Notes: generated from the sequence alone by a model not told the origin. Shown: positions 1 to 10,811, counted from the stretch's first letter. The stretch: 64,000 bases of DNA from Anaerolineales bacterium UBA2181 (GCA_002328075.1 DCVT01000022.1:9172-73171); one strand, 5' to 3'. Numbers and translations: made by a program.

Positions 1-487
1 CGATGACACCCACCCGCGATTCGGACAGGATTGCCAGCGTGGTCTGCAGCGGCGTGGCGCCCAGCGACCGGATCTGTAGACGGAGCTGGGGATCGACGCC
101 CATCACGGCGGCCATGGTAAAGCCCGCTACCAGTGGAAAGGAGATGATGGTCTGGGCAATCACCATGGCGCCGGGGGTAAAGAGCGCAGGCACAAAGGGG
201 AGGTTCAGCCCGGCCAGCGGTCCACTTCGCGAGAGCATGAGGTACACAAACAGGCCCACCACCACCGGGGGAAAACCCATGCCCGTGTACAGCAACGCGA
301 TGACCAATCGGCGGCCGGCGAAACGACTGAGGCCCATCAAGGCGCCGAGTGGGATGCCGACCAACGTGCTGATCAAGAGCGCAGTGCCCGAAACCAGCAG
401 CGAGAGCACAACAATCTCGGTAACGACCGGATCGGCGTCAACGATGAGTTGGACGGCTTGAATGATGCCCTGGATAATCTTGTCCAT
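1..487 (-). CDS. ABC transporter permease, tungstate/molybdate (TupB/ModB-like), 3' end truncated by the window edge
   Basis: Absent from the ORF track because it runs off the edge. The reverse complement from the ATG at 487 reads MDKIIQGIIQAVQLIVDADPVVTEIVVLSLLVSGTALLISTLVGIPLGALMGLSRFAGRRLVIALLYTGMGFPPVVVGLFVYLMLSRSGPLAGL... and stays open to position 1. The multi-TM pattern is typical of TupB-type permeases. The listed + ORF 3..461 is its antisense shadow. Confidence 0.7.
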   Translation of the reverse strand, partial: MDKIIQGIIQAVQLIVDADPVVTEIVVLSLLVSGTALLISTLVGIPLGALMGLSRFAGRRLVIALLYTGMGFPPVVVGLFVYLMLSRSGPLAGLNLPFVPALFTPGAMVIAQTIISFPLVAGFTMAAVMGVDPQLRLQIRSLGATPLQTTLAILSESRVGVI

Positions 488-618
488 ATACTGATTCGGG
501 CACTAGTTACCGACTTGCATCCGGCAGACTCATCGGCTGTTTAGCAGAGTCAGTCAGAAGACGTATTCGCGCCGATGATGGGCTGGCAGCCATCCGATGC
601 TGGGCGCGTTGAACGGCG

Positions 619-1746
619 TCATGACACCCATGTCGTCTGACCCACGTTAGCCAGGTCATAGCCACCCAGCGCTTCTACCGCCTGAGCAAACCGGTCGGAG
701 CGGATGCACTCGACGAGCGTCCGGACTGGGGCCACGTTCCACTGTTCGTCCGGCACCACCAGGTCGTACTGCTCCTGCGTCAGGGGAATAAACTGCAGCT
801 GGTGGGCGGCGGCCGCCGCCAGGATGCCCAGGCCGACCGATGCCTCTCCGCGCGCCACTGCCCGGGCGACAGCCATGTGCGTCAACTCTTCCCGCTGATA
901 ACCGGCCACCGCGGTGGGCGGGCAGCCCATCGCTTTGAGCTGGGCATCCAGCCACACTCGAGTGCCCGAGCCGGGCTGCCGGTTGACCAGGTTGACTTCT
1001 GGACGCCGGAGGTCTGATAGGCCCTGGATACCCTGCGGGTTGCCGGCCGGCACCATCAGGCCCAGCTCGCGGCGGGCCAGGCTGAGCAGGGCGACGCGCC
1101 GGCCGGGCAAGAGCCGACGCACAAACGGCACGTTGTAGCTGTCAGTGGATTCATCCCACAGGTGCACACCGGCAATGTCGGCTGTTCCCTGATTCAGGGC
1201 CATGAGTCCGCCCAAGCTCCCCCTGAAGTGCACATCCAATTGCACGCTGCCATCCGATTCGCTGACCATCTGGGCCAGCGTCTCCAGCGCCAGGTCGTGG
1301 CTGCCCACAAAGCGGATCGGCTGACCGTGGTCTGGTGCAACCTTCGCCGGGGGAGTCCCAACGCGCTGCAGGTCACGCCACCGTGAGATGGCCACCGACA
1401 GCGCGGCGGATGCCTGCTCCGGGGTCTGACCCTGTCCCAGGGCGTACAGGAGCAGCTGTTCGGCCCGGTTGATCAGGCTGGCCCAGCCCCAGACCGGCCG
1501 GCCGGGCTCCAGCAGGTTGAGGGTGACACGGGTGCCGCTGCCGCGGTGAGCCTCGATCAATCCTTCGTCGGCCAGCGCAGCGTAGGCCCGGCCGACGGTT
1601 CCCGGCGTGCAATTCCACCGCTGCGCCATGCTCCTTACCGGCGGGAGCCGATCGCCGGGCCTGAGTTCTCCGGCCGAGATTCGACGGCGGAGCGACTCGG
1701 CGATTTCCAGGAAAAGGAAAGTGGATGCGGATTTGTTTCTCATCAC
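619..1746 (-). CDS. Transcriptional regulator: GntR-type winged HTH fused to a periplasmic-binding-protein-like (PBP-like) ligand domain
   Basis: The N-terminus LEIAESLRRRISAGELRPGDRLPPVRSMAQRWNCTPGTVGRAYAALADEGLIEAHRGSGTRV matches the GntR HTH pattern. The C-terminal ~270 aa (IRFVGSHDLALE...GTADIAGVHLWD...NRQPGSGTRVWLD) looks like the PBP-like domain found in oxyanion-responsive regulators. It lies next to a TupB-like permease. Confidence 0.8.
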   Translation of the reverse strand: MMRNKSASTFLFLEIAESLRRRISAGELRPGDRLPPVRSMAQRWNCTPGTVGRAYAALADEGLIEAHRGSGTRVTLNLLEPGRPVWGWASLINRAEQLLLYALGQGQTPEQASAALSVAISRWRDLQRVGTPPAKVAPDHGQPIRFVGSHDLALETLAQMVSESDGSVQLDVHFRGSLGGLMALNQGTADIAGVHLWDESTDSYNVPFVRRLLPGRRVALLSLARRELGLMVPAGNPQGIQGLSDLRRPEVNLVNRQPGSGTRVWLDAQLKAMGCPPTAVAGYQREELTHMAVARAVARGEASVGLGILAAAAAHQLQFIPLTQEQYDLVVPDEQWNVAPVRTLVECIRSDRFAQAVEALGGYDLANVGQTTWVS

Positions 1747-1997
1747 CGGCCTTGATCTCTCCTCATGTGCGGGTTGTGATGATACACTCGATGCAAGTTC
1801 CTGTCAAGGGGACGGTTGCCAATACGGCGGCATCAGTCGATAAGGCTGCGATCTGTCATCGAGAGAATAGCGGGGGGCCGGCTCAACAGCGACGAGCACC
1901 CTATGGGCAAACCTGGCCAAACCTGCGCAAATGCGCAACTGACGGTTGACTGATTTGTGCAATGCGTTAGAATGTCGCTCATGATGCAAGGTCCCCG

Positions 1998-2747
1998 ATG
2001 CCGATGTTGAGTACCGAGAGGCAACAGACCATAGCCCGGTTGGTCGCTGAACACGGCGCAGTGGATGTGGCCGATCTGGCCGTTCGGTTGGCGGTGAGCG
2101 GCTCTACCATTCGGCGGGACCTGGAGCGCTTGGAAAGGGACGGACTGGTTCGGCGCGTGCACGGTGGAGCGACCGTACCGGGCGGTATGCGACCCTTGCA
2201 GGCTGACCGGAGTCGCGCCGCGGAGCGGATGGGGCGGGCGGCCGCCAACCGGGTCCGGTCCGATGAGACCGTGTACCTGGGACCGGGCGAGTACTCGCTG
2301 GAGGTGGCCAAAGCACTGTCCGGACGGCCGGGCGTCACGGTGGTGACCAACAGCCTGGATATCTCGCACTGGTTGGCTCACCACTCCAATCTGAAGGTGG
2401 TGGTGACGGGCGGTGCAGTCAACCGGAGCCAGGGCGCTCTTTTTGGCCCGCTGGTGTCGGCCGCGCTGGCCTCGGTGCGCACCGACCGGGTGATTGTGGA
2501 GGCGGTCGGCATCACGCCAGATCAGGGTATAGTGGCAGACGATCTCTCTCAGGCGGCGGTCTGCCGTGACCTGATGGAGGTGACGGGCGAGAGCATTGTG
2601 CTGGTGCCCCCGGATCGGGTGGGCAAACCGGGCGGAGTCTGGGTCGGCCCCGCGTCCGATGCGGATGTGGTGGTCACCACCCGAGAAGCTCCCGGGTCCC
2701 TGCTTTGGGATCTTTCGCAGATGGGCATTGATATTGTGACCGTGTGA
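1998..2747 (+). CDS. DeoR/GlpR family transcriptional regulator
   Basis: RQQTIARLVAEHGAVDVADLAVRLAVSGSTIRRDLERLERDGLVRRVHGGA is the DeoR HTH signature, followed by a sugar-phosphate-sensor-like C-terminal domain. 249 aa. Confidence 0.85.
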   Translation: MPMLSTERQQTIARLVAEHGAVDVADLAVRLAVSGSTIRRDLERLERDGLVRRVHGGATVPGGMRPLQADRSRAAERMGRAAANRVRSDETVYLGPGEYSLEVAKALSGRPGVTVVTNSLDISHWLAHHSNLKVVVTGGAVNRSQGALFGPLVSAALASVRTDRVIVEAVGITPDQGIVADDLSQAAVCRDLMEVTGESIVLVPPDRVGKPGGVWVGPASDADVVVTTREAPGSLLWDLSQMGIDIVTV

Positions 2748-2768
2748 GTGAGTGGTAAGGAGGCTTGA

Positions 2769-3869
2769 ATGGCAAGTGTAACGTATAGGCATGTTACCAA
2801 GCGGTACGGCGATGTGGTTGCGGTCCAGGACCTGGACATCTCTGTCGAAGATAAGGAATTCCTGGTCTTTGTGGGACCTTCGGGGTGCGGCAAGTCCACC
2901 AGTCTCCGCATGCTGGCGGGGTTGGAGGAGATCACCGAAGGCGAAATCCTCATCGGTGACCGGGTGGTCAACGATGTGCCGCCCAAGGACCGGGACATTG
3001 CGATGGTTTTCCAATCGTATGCGCTCTATCCCCACATGTCGGTGTACGACAACATGGCCTTTGGCCTCAAGTTGCGCAAAACGCCCAAGGAAGAAATTGA
3101 TCGGCGGGTCCAGTTAGCGGCCAAAGAGCTGGGCATTGACAACCTGCTGGACCGCAAGCCCAAGCAGCTTTCCGGCGGTCAGCGGCAGCGGGTGGCGGTC
3201 GGCCGTGCCATCGTGCGAGACCCGGCCGTTTTTCTCATGGACGAACCGCTCTCCAACCTGGATGCCAAATTGCGGGTGGAGGCGCGAGCCATGATCGGCC
3301 GGCTACACCACCGGTTGGGGACCACCTTCATCTATGTGACCCACGATCAGACCGAAGCCATGACGATGGGTTCGCGGATTGCAGTCATGAAGGATGGCAT
3401 CTTGCATCAGCTTGACCGGCCGCAGGTGCTGTACGACAGACCGGACAATGTATTTGTGGCGGGTTTCATCGGCAGCCCTTCCATGAACTTTTTCGATGCC
3501 ACGCTGGTGGAAGAGGATGGCAAGGTATGGGTGGATACGGGAGCGTTTCGGGTGGAGGTTCCGCCTCAGAAAATCGCCGTGTACAAACCACACGCCGGAA
3601 AACCGGTCGTTTTTGGCATCCGACCGGAAGACATCCATGATCCCGAATACCGGCCGACCAACATCTTTGAGTCCAAGGTGGAGGCGCGGGTAGAGGTGAC
3701 CGAGCTCATGGGCAACGAGGTCTTTGTCTATTTCAACACCAACGGCAAGGAATACAGCGCCCGGGTCGATCCCCGGACGACTGCTCGCTACGGCGAAACC
3801 ATGCCGGTGGTGTTCAACACCGACAACATGCAGATCTTTGACCGGGAGACCGAGCTGGCGATTCGCTGA
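2769..3869 (+). CDS. Carbohydrate-type ABC transporter ATP-binding protein (MalK/UgpC/MsmK-like)
   Basis: Walker [24 protein letters not shown] signature, Walker B FLMDEPLSNLD, and a C-terminal regulatory (TOBE-like) extension. SD gtaaggagg lies upstream. No permease or binding protein is adjacent. Confidence 0.9.
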   Translation: MASVTYRHVTKRYGDVVAVQDLDISVEDKEFLVFVGPSGCGKSTSLRMLAGLEEITEGEILIGDRVVNDVPPKDRDIAMVFQSYALYPHMSVYDNMAFGLKLRKTPKEEIDRRVQLAAKELGIDNLLDRKPKQLSGGQRQRVAVGRAIVRDPAVFLMDEPLSNLDAKLRVEARAMIGRLHHRLGTTFIYVTHDQTEAMTMGSRIAVMKDGILHQLDRPQVLYDRPDNVFVAGFIGSPSMNFFDATLVEEDGKVWVDTGAFRVEVPPQKIAVYKPHAGKPVVFGIRPEDIHDPEYRPTNIFESKVEARVEVTELMGNEVFVYFNTNGKEYSARVDPRTTARYGETMPVVFNTDNMQIFDRETELAIR

Positions 3870-3899
3870 TTGCCATTCCCACGTGCTTTCGGTACAATG

Positions 3900-3932
3900 C
3901 AGTCCCGTGCCCTGGCACGGGACTGGTTTTTT
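3900..3932 (+). terminator. Rho-independent terminator after the ABC ATPase gene
   Basis: Stem CAGTCCCGTGC (3900-3910), loop CCTG, stem GCACGGGACTG (3915-3925), followed by GTTTTTTG. Confidence 0.8.
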
Positions 3933-3983
3933 GTGCGGCATTTGTGGCCCGGAAAACGGAATGGAGATAAAGGTTAGGCAACC

Positions 3984-5198
3984 ATGGCGGATTTTGACTT
4001 GATGCGCGAACTTGCCAAGAACGACGGCGGCAAGATTGTGCTGTTGGTGATGGACGGCCTGGGTGGGCTCCCAACGGAGAGTGGCGGCGATACCGAGTTG
4101 GAGGCCGCGGCCGTGCCCTATCTGGACCAATTGGCGCGCGAGGGCTGTTGCGGCCTTTCGATGCCTATCGGTCCCGGCATCACGCCGGGCAGTGGTCCGG
4201 CTCACTTGGCGCTTTTCGGATACGACCCACTCCGCTACGTGATTGGCCGCGGGGTGTTGGAAGCCTTTGGCATCGGCCTGTCGGTTGGGCCGCGCGACGT
4301 TGCGGCGCGTGGCAATTTCTGCTCACTGGACGCGGATGGGCTCATCACCGACCGGCGCGCCGGCCGTATCGCCACCGAGCGCTCCGCTGAACTCTGCGAC
4401 CGGCTGTCGTCTATCCGGCTGGCAGGGGTTCAGACGGAGGCCAAACCGGTCAAGGACTATCGCTTTGCGTTGGTGTTGCGGGGCGAAGGCCTTGACCCCC
4501 ATCTGGCGGACACTGACCCGCAGGTGGTGGGCCAGGCGCCGCTGCCGGTCCGGTCGCTGCGCCCGGAAGCAGAACACACCGCACTGCTATTCCAGAGCTG
4601 GGTCGACCAAGCGCGACCCATCCTGGCCGATCAGCATCCGGCCAACGGGGTGACGCTGCGAGGTTTCTCCAGCGATCCCAACCTGCCCAAGTTCGGTGAC
4701 GTGTACCGGTTGCGGGCGGCCTGTGTGGCAGTGTATCCGATGTACCGGGGTCTGGCGCAACTTGTGGGGATGGATGTCCTGCCCACCGATCCCGGCGACA
4801 CGCCGGCGGATGAGTTTGACAGGGTTGCTGCTGCCTGGGACCGTTATGACTTTTTCTTTGTCCACGTCAAATACACCGATAGCCACGGTGAGGACGGCGA
4901 TTTCGACGGCAAAGTCCGGGTGATAGAGCAGGTGGACCAGGGTCTTGACCGTTTGCTGGCGGTGAAACCGGACGTGCTGATTGTCACCGGAGACCATTCA
5001 ACACCATCCAGCATGCGGTCGCACAGTTGGCATCCTGTGCCGACCCTGTTGTGGGCGCCTCAGACCCACCGGCCGGACGCGGCACGCTCCTTTGGCGAGA
5101 GCGAATGCATGAAGGGTAACCTGGGCATCTTCCGGGCGGCCGATCTGATGGTGCTGGCGCTAGCACATGCCAATCGCCTGACCAAATTCGGGGCCTGA
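3984..5198 (+). CDS. apgM: Cofactor-independent phosphoglycerate mutase, archaeal-type (ApgM family)
   Basis: 404 aa. The N-terminus KIVLLVMDGLGGLP and the C-terminal VTGDHSTPSSMRSHSWHPVP metal/phospho-transfer motifs are typical of ApgM-type alkaline-phosphatase-superfamily mutases. Confidence 0.8.
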   Translation: MADFDLMRELAKNDGGKIVLLVMDGLGGLPTESGGDTELEAAAVPYLDQLAREGCCGLSMPIGPGITPGSGPAHLALFGYDPLRYVIGRGVLEAFGIGLSVGPRDVAARGNFCSLDADGLITDRRAGRIATERSAELCDRLSSIRLAGVQTEAKPVKDYRFALVLRGEGLDPHLADTDPQVVGQAPLPVRSLRPEAEHTALLFQSWVDQARPILADQHPANGVTLRGFSSDPNLPKFGDVYRLRAACVAVYPMYRGLAQLVGMDVLPTDPGDTPADEFDRVAAAWDRYDFFFVHVKYTDSHGEDGDFDGKVRVIEQVDQGLDRLLAVKPDVLIVTGDHSTPSSMRSHSWHPVPTLLWAPQTHRPDAARSFGESECMKGNLGIFRAADLMVLALAHANRLTKFGA

Positions 5199-5250
5199 CC
5201 AACCGCCCCCGGGTCGTCGAGCCGTGGACGGCAGGCGACAAGAGCCGTTC

Positions 5251-5275
5251 AAGGGGCGCCAGCTGGGCGCCCCTT
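5251..5275. terminator. GC-rich hairpin between convergent apgM and asnS (possible bidirectional terminator)
   Basis: AAGGGGCGCC-AGCT-GGGCGCCCCTT is a perfect palindromic stem. No clear U-tract on either strand, hence the low confidence. Confidence 0.4.
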
Positions 5276-5279
5276 ACGG

Positions 5280-6617
5280 TTATGGATAGACCCGGTTGAT
5301 CATACGCGGGTACGGAACCGTCTCGCGGATGTGTTTGGTGCCGGTGATCCAGGCGACCGTGCGTTCGACGCCCAAACCAAACCCAGAATGGGGAACACTG
5401 CCGTACTGGCGCAGATCCACGTACCAGGAAAAGGCCTCCGGCGGCAGCTGATGCTCCCGAATCCGCTGTTCCAGGAGGTCGGGGTCGCTGATGCGCTCAC
5501 TTCCACCGGTGATCTCACCGTACCCTTCCGGCGCCAACAGGTCCACACTCTTGCTGACCTCCGGCCGGCCGGGCCAGGGCTCCATGTAAAAAGCCTTGCA
5601 TTGGGTTGGGAATCCGTAAACAAAAACCGGTTTGTCAAACTGCGCGGTGAGCTCGGTCTCGTGCGGCGACCCAAAATCGCTGCCCCACTCTACACTGAGC
5701 AGCTCTTTCAGTTCCGGGTCCTCGGTGCGGGCCTGCACCTCGGCTAACCGGTGCAGCGCGTCATCGTAAGAGATGCGATAGAACGGCGGCGTGACCCGCT
5801 CCAAGGCCCGGATATCCCGCTCGAGCATGGCCAACTCGCTGCGGCGCTCATCCAGGGTCCGCTGGACAATGTAGGAGACAAACTGCTCTTCAATCTCCAT
5901 GAGTTGATCGAGATCGCAAAAGGCGGCCTCGGGCTCTACCATCCAGAACTCGGTCAGGTGACGGCGGGTCTTGGACTTTTCCGCGCGAAACGTGGGACCA
6001 AAGCAGTACACGCGGCCAAAGCTGTAGATATTGGCCTCGTTGTACAACTGACCTGTCTGGGCCAGGTAAGTCGGCTCTCCGAAATAGTCCACCTCAAAGA
6101 GCGTGGTGGTCCCCTCACCGGCTGCCGGGGTAAGGATGGGAGTATCCATGTTGATAAAGCCGTTCTGATCCAGCCATTCCCGGATTGCGCGCACGACGGT
6201 TGCCCGCACGCGCAGGATTGCCCACTGCCGCGAAGACCGTATCCACAAGTGCCGGTTGTCCAGCAGGAATTCGGGACCGTGCTCCTTGGGAGTGATGGGA
6301 TACTCGCCGGCAATCTGCACCAACTGCAGGTCGGTGACTCCCAGTTCATAACCGCCCGGCATTCCAGGCGAGCGATCGTCGGCGCGCACCACCCCAGTGA
6401 CCACCAACGACGACTCCTGGGTCAGACGCCTAGCCGCCTCAAAGACGTCCGCCGGCACGTCCTTTTTGAAAACGACTGCCTGGATGATCCCGGTGCCGTC
6501 GCGGACGCGCAGGAACTGCAATTGGCCCTTTCCGGTTTTCAGCGTCAACCAACCGTGGATGGTCACCGTCTCACCCGGGTAGGACGCGATATCAGCAATA
6601 CGAATCGATCGACTCAT
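5280..6617 (-). CDS. asnS: Asparagine--tRNA ligase
   Basis: 445 aa. N-terminal OB-fold, class II core motifs [21 protein letters not shown] and GSERI, and C-terminal [13 protein letters not shown]...FPR-like end. Length and motifs fit AsnRS better than AspRS. Confidence 0.85.
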   Translation of the reverse strand: MSRSIRIADIASYPGETVTIHGWLTLKTGKGQLQFLRVRDGTGIIQAVVFKKDVPADVFEAARRLTQESSLVVTGVVRADDRSPGMPGGYELGVTDLQLVQIAGEYPITPKEHGPEFLLDNRHLWIRSSRQWAILRVRATVVRAIREWLDQNGFINMDTPILTPAAGEGTTTLFEVDYFGEPTYLAQTGQLYNEANIYSFGRVYCFGPTFRAEKSKTRRHLTEFWMVEPEAAFCDLDQLMEIEEQFVSYIVQRTLDERRSELAMLERDIRALERVTPPFYRISYDDALHRLAEVQARTEDPELKELLSVEWGSDFGSPHETELTAQFDKPVFVYGFPTQCKAFYMEPWPGRPEVSKSVDLLAPEGYGEITGGSERISDPDLLEQRIREHQLPPEAFSWYVDLRQYGSVPHSGFGLGVERTVAWITGTKHIRETVPYPRMINRVYP

Positions 6618-6689
6618 CTGATCATCTCCCGATCTCGCGGCATACTAGCAGCGCGAATTGTACCTCACAGACTGGCATCGGCAACCAGA

Positions 6690-9600
6690 TCAGCGGGACG
6701 AGGCGCGCGGTGACCTGGTCGGCCAGGATTGGCGCCATTGTGCCGGGACCAACTGAGCCAGCAGAGCTCGCTCGGACGACCCAAACGTGCCCAGGAGCAA
6801 CAACGCGCCGATGTAGACCGCGGTTCCGGCAACCAACCCCAATGACCAGTGGACCTGCCATCCTGCCCAGCAGGAAAAGGCCATGGCGCCGGCGGCCGCT
6901 GCCGGGCGCCAGAGCAATCGCAGCCATGGGACAGCTGCCAGAGCGGGGCGCAGATAATGGTAAAAGGCCAACAGCAGAACCAGCTCAGAAAGGATGGCAA
7001 TGATAGCCGCCGCCGGGTAGCCAAAACGGGGCAGGAAGAGCATGTTGGCGACCACGTTAAAGCCGACGCCCAGCAAAAACGCCCGGGTCAGCATCCGCTG
7101 TTGGCCGAGCGCAATCAGCACATAATTGGTCAGGCTGTTGATCCAGCCGATGGGTATCGACCAGATCAGCAGTTGGAGAGCGTTGGCACCGTGCGGCAGA
7201 TACTCGGCCCCGCCCAGAATCTGAATCAGGAAATGGGCGACGGCCGTGGTCAGGACTGCCAAAGGCAACGCAATGATCACCAGCATCTTGACCGCCAACT
7301 GGTACGTCTCGGCCATCACCTGGCGTGAATCCTTGGCCTGACGGCTCATCAGTGGAAAGATGGCCGCCGTGAACAGCGAAGGCACCAGGTTGAGCGCGTC
7401 CACCCATTTGAAAGCCGTGCTGTACCACCCTACCACCGTGTTGCCGCTTGCCAGCCGGGTTCCTCCCAACCGCTCCAACAGCAAGACGTTGACCTTGAAG
7501 AACAGCGTAGCCAGCAAGTGATTGAGCATCAAGGGCCAACTCTCGCCCACCATCTGCCACTGCAGATGCCAGTCTAGCTGCAGTCGGGGAACGAAAAACA
7601 GGCGGAATGCCAAGGCGGCCAGCAGAACCATGGTCACGAGGTTGACGGTGATGGAAACGCCGGCCAGGCCGACAAAACCACCGCCCACCAGCAGCACCAA
7701 CGTGCCCAAGGTGACCTTGAGGATGGTGGATATACTGGTCAATGCGGCCGGGATTTCGGCCTTTTCGTACGCATAGAACAGACCGGTGAGGCCGGTGCTG
7801 ACGCCGCCCGGGATCATGCCCAACACCAGCAGCCAGATGGCCAGCGTGGTGTCCGATGCCAAGGGTGCAGATCCGCGCGCCAGGACCAGGATATACAGGC
7901 TCACCGGCAGCGCTGCGCCGACGGCGGTGACCAACCTCAACACAGTCGTGTTCATCAGGTATCGGTTGGCAGACGCCCGGTCTCGGGCCACTTCGCGTGT
8001 CAGCAGCGTGTGCAGACCAAAGTTGGCCAGAATCTCAAACCACCCTGCTATATTGATGGCAACGTAATACTTGCCGGAATTCTCCGCACCCAGTATCCGC
8101 AAGGCCAGAGCGGCAAACGCCAGGTCGATCATCCGATTCAGGAGGTTGATGCCCATGGGTGCAAGGCTGTTTTTGGCCAGTCGACGGACGGCCGGGTCGG
8201 TTGCACTCTCCCGGTATATCGCGCGCCAGAGCCAGACAGCGCAAGCAAAAAGGACGACCATGAGCGCCATGAAACTGCCAAACAGCCCCAGCTTGAAGCT
8301 CATGGGTGAATAGCGGAAGCGGACTGACCAGTCGCCCGCGTCCAGCAGAACGCCGCGCAGATTGCCGTCCACCAGCATCACTTCCAGCGCGACCTCGTCA
8401 CACTGCTCGCAACCAAGCGGCCGCCGGTAGGCTTTCCAGCCCGGGAAAAAGCTGTCGCCCAGCACCAGCCACGAACGTTCGAGCACGCTGGCTTGGACTT
8501 TCACCTCCTGGCTGCCGTAATGAGCGATAGTGGCCTCGATCGGCGCGCCGGCGGCGGTCGGTTGGCCGGGTTCGATGCCGGTTGCGGCCGCCGACTCGGG
8601 TTGGACGATCACATAGTACCGCGGGTCGTGTTCGGCCATGGCGGCCAACGGCTCGGGAGATATCACGGTGGCGCTTGCAGGCAAGGAGAAAGCGCGGGGC
8701 GCAACCGCCAGGTTCTCGTAGACGTGCAGTCCCTCTCCCTGCCACACCAACGAAAGCTTGGGCAGTTCCAGCGTCTCGGCGGTGATGATGTACTTGACGT
8801 TGAGCAGGTCCAGGAGTGGGCTGTTGATGCTGGACCACTCCCGAAGCGGTTGGACGCGGTTATACAACAGCTCTAGCTGTGGCTCGATGGCCTCCATATA
8901 GTCGACGTATTGCCGGGAGATGATGGAATCATACCCGCGCACGTCCTGCAGGTCGTAAAGCCAAGGGGTGTTGGCGTGCAGCGGCTGCTCACCGTGCGGG
9001 TCAAAGGTGGTGAGGCGCCACTGGCCCGGCTGCGCCTTGAGAAACTGAATCAGTGCTGGCTCGGACGCGAGCAGGTTGGGGTCGGCCGCCGGGACAAAGC
9101 CCCAGGTGGCTATTGCCAGATCCAGCGCCAAGATCAGCACTGCCAGCAGCTGCCAGCGCCGCGCGCGCCGTGTCGCCAGGTGGAGCACGACCCCGGCCGC
9201 GATCAACGTCAGGGCCGTGATGGCCAGCTGGATGCTCGAATAGCTGAAAAAGGCGGCGGTGCTCGGCACTCCTTCTGGCGCTCTGGCCAGTGAGTGAAAC
9301 ACCCGGTCAATCAGCGGCTCAATCTGGGAGTAAAGCGCCCGGGCCAACACCAGGCAGGCGAGGCCCAGCGCTCCGGCCGCCGTGCTCAGGCGTGCCAACC
9401 ACAAGGTAACCGATCGGCCGGAAGAGTCGGACGCTGCCTGCAACCCCCAACCGGCGAGCAGCGACATACCCAGAGAGAGCGGGAATACCCAACGAAAGGG
9501 CGAGTGCGACTGATTGATGATGGGTATGGCGTGGATGATGGCATAAGCCCCGGTGGGAAAGATAAAGGCCAGCGATATCAGACTCAGCAACGCGGCGAAC

Positions 9601-10811
9601 CAGACTGAGGAGCGGCCGATCTGGCTGCGCCGATCAAAGGAACGGATCACCGCGATGACGGCAAACAGAAGCGTGAGCACTCCAACGTACGCGCCGCCCT
9701 CGACATAGTTCTTCATGCCCCAGTAGATCTGGTTGATTGGCGCGCCCAGGGCGTTGGAGGTTACCGGGCGCACCTGCCAGGAAAAGAGGTCCAAGTAGGT
9801 GTGATGGGTTGGGTTCCCAAAAAAGTTCGGTGCCAGAAACGTGATCAGCCGACGGTAAGGATAGGACCATCCCAACACGTCCGCCAGCGACACCGCCCCT
9901 TCACGAAAGTTGTTGCGAACAACCTCGACAAAGGGGATAAGTTGGACGGAGCCCAGGCCGACACCCGCCGCCACCATGGCGGCGATCCAGAACGCCGGTT
10001 GGACGGCCTCTCGCACTGCCTGCCTCAGTGACTGGGAATGGGGACGAGTTGCCGGCAGGCCGATCAGGCGCCAACCGGCGTACAACCCCACGACAAGCAG
10101 AGTAAAATAGGTGTTCTCCCCGTGGCCGACCAGCAACTGCATGCCAAGACCGGTCGCTCCCAGCGCCGCCCACGGCAGAGACGCCGGCCGGCTAAATGCC
10201 GGCCGGCGCCGGATGACCAGTTCCATCATCGCCAACAGAAACGGAAGCCAGGCGGAACCGGCCAGGATCATGGGGAAGGTGATGCTGACCAGCATATAGG
10301 CGCACAGCTGGTATACCACCGCGGCTGCCAGTGCGGCCGTCCGGCGCATGTTCAACACGCGTGCCAGCAAGAACATAAAGGCGCCGGCCAGGAAAAGTTG
10401 GCTCACCACAAAAACACCGTAAGCGCGAGGCAGAGGCAGCAGCAGGAAAACCAGACCAAAAGGGTAGTACATAGAGTGCTGTCCGGTGGCGGCAAACGGC
10501 GCACCGGCAAACAGGTAGGGGTTCCACAGGGGTATCTCGCGGTTGTGCAGGCCCTGCAGGATGAACCGCTTCCAGGCCAAGTTCTGCAGCAGCAGGTCGC
10601 TCACCAGTTCGTTATGGGGAACAGCAACCCCATAGGCCTCGGCGTAGGATTGCCACGGCTGCCACTGGAACACGTTGTCGGCCGGGATCAGGGTCCGGTT
10701 GCCCAGCGTCACAGGCGCCAGGAGGGCAAGGGGGACGACCAGCAAAACACCCAAGACCAACAGATCGAGGGAAAATCGGCGAAGCAGTCTCATGCCCAGG
10801 GCCCTATCCAA
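6690..10811 (-). CDS. Giant polytopic membrane protein: N-terminal YfhO-family (GT-C-like) glycosyltransferase fused to a C-terminal Wzx/MOP-type polysaccharide flippase domain
   Basis: 1373 aa. The first ~850 aa (NRTLIPADNVFQWQPW...LWNPYLFAGAPFAATGQHSMYYPF) resemble YfhO. The last ~490 aa (LAKNSLAPMGINLLNRMIDLAFAALALRILGAENSGKYYVAINIAGWFEILANFGLHTLLTREVARD..., about 12-14 TM) resemble oligosaccharide flippases. Single uninterrupted ORF. Confidence 0.75.
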   Translation of the reverse strand: MDRALGMRLLRRFSLDLLVLGVLLVVPLALLAPVTLGNRTLIPADNVFQWQPWQSYAEAYGVAVPHNELVSDLLLQNLAWKRFILQGLHNREIPLWNPYLFAGAPFAATGQHSMYYPFGLVFLLLPLPRAYGVFVVSQLFLAGAFMFLLARVLNMRRTAALAAAVVYQLCAYMLVSITFPMILAGSAWLPFLLAMMELVIRRRPAFSRPASLPWAALGATGLGMQLLVGHGENTYFTLLVVGLYAGWRLIGLPATRPHSQSLRQAVREAVQPAFWIAAMVAAGVGLGSVQLIPFVEVVRNNFREGAVSLADVLGWSYPYRRLITFLAPNFFGNPTHHTYLDLFSWQVRPVTSNALGAPINQIYWGMKNYVEGGAYVGVLTLLFAVIAVIRSFDRRSQIGRSSVWFAALLSLISLAFIFPTGAYAIIHAIPIINQSHSPFRWVFPLSLGMSLLAGWGLQAASDSSGRSVTLWLARLSTAAGALGLACLVLARALYSQIEPLIDRVFHSLARAPEGVPSTAAFFSYSSIQLAITALTLIAAGVVLHLATRRARRWQLLAVLILALDLAIATWGFVPAADPNLLASEPALIQFLKAQPGQWRLTTFDPHGEQPLHANTPWLYDLQDVRGYDSIISRQYVDYMEAIEPQLELLYNRVQPLREWSSINSPLLDLLNVKYIITAETLELPKLSLVWQGEGLHVYENLAVAPRAFSLPASATVISPEPLAAMAEHDPRYYVIVQPESAAATGIEPGQPTAAGAPIEATIAHYGSQEVKVQASVLERSWLVLGDSFFPGWKAYRRPLGCEQCDEVALEVMLVDGNLRGVLLDAGDWSVRFRYSPMSFKLGLFGSFMALMVVLFACAVWLWRAIYRESATDPAVRRLAKNSLAPMGINLLNRMIDLAFAALALRILGAENSGKYYVAINIAGWFEILANFGLHTLLTREVARDRASANRYLMNTTVLRLVTAVGAALPVSLYILVLARGSAPLASDTTLAIWLLVLGMIPGGVSTGLTGLFYAYEKAEIPAALTSISTILKVTLGTLVLLVGGGFVGLAGVSITVNLVTMVLLAALAFRLFFVPRLQLDWHLQWQMVGESWPLMLNHLLATLFFKVNVLLLERLGGTRLASGNTVVGWYSTAFKWVDALNLVPSLFTAAIFPLMSRQAKDSRQVMAETYQLAVKMLVIIALPLAVLTTAVAHFLIQILGGAEYLPHGANALQLLIWSIPIGWINSLTNYVLIALGQQRMLTRAFLLGVGFNVVANMLFLPRFGYPAAAIIAILSELVLLLAFYHYLRPALAAVPWLRLLWRPAAAAGAMAFSCWAGWQVHWSLGLVAGTAVYIGALLLLGTFGSSERALLAQLVPAQWRQSWPTRSPRASSR

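Noticed and set aside
3-461. Listed + strand ORF of 152 aa at the window start
   Set aside because: It is rich in Arg/Ser/Thr/Pro with no motif. The opposite strand encodes a convincing TupB-like permease over the same bases, so this is an antisense shadow ORF.
1833-3035. 400-aa minus-strand ORF spanning the DeoR and ABC ATPase genes
   Set aside because: It has an Arg/His/Pro/Gly-rich composition typical of antisense frames in GC-rich DNA. It crosses an intergenic gap and two well-supported + strand genes.
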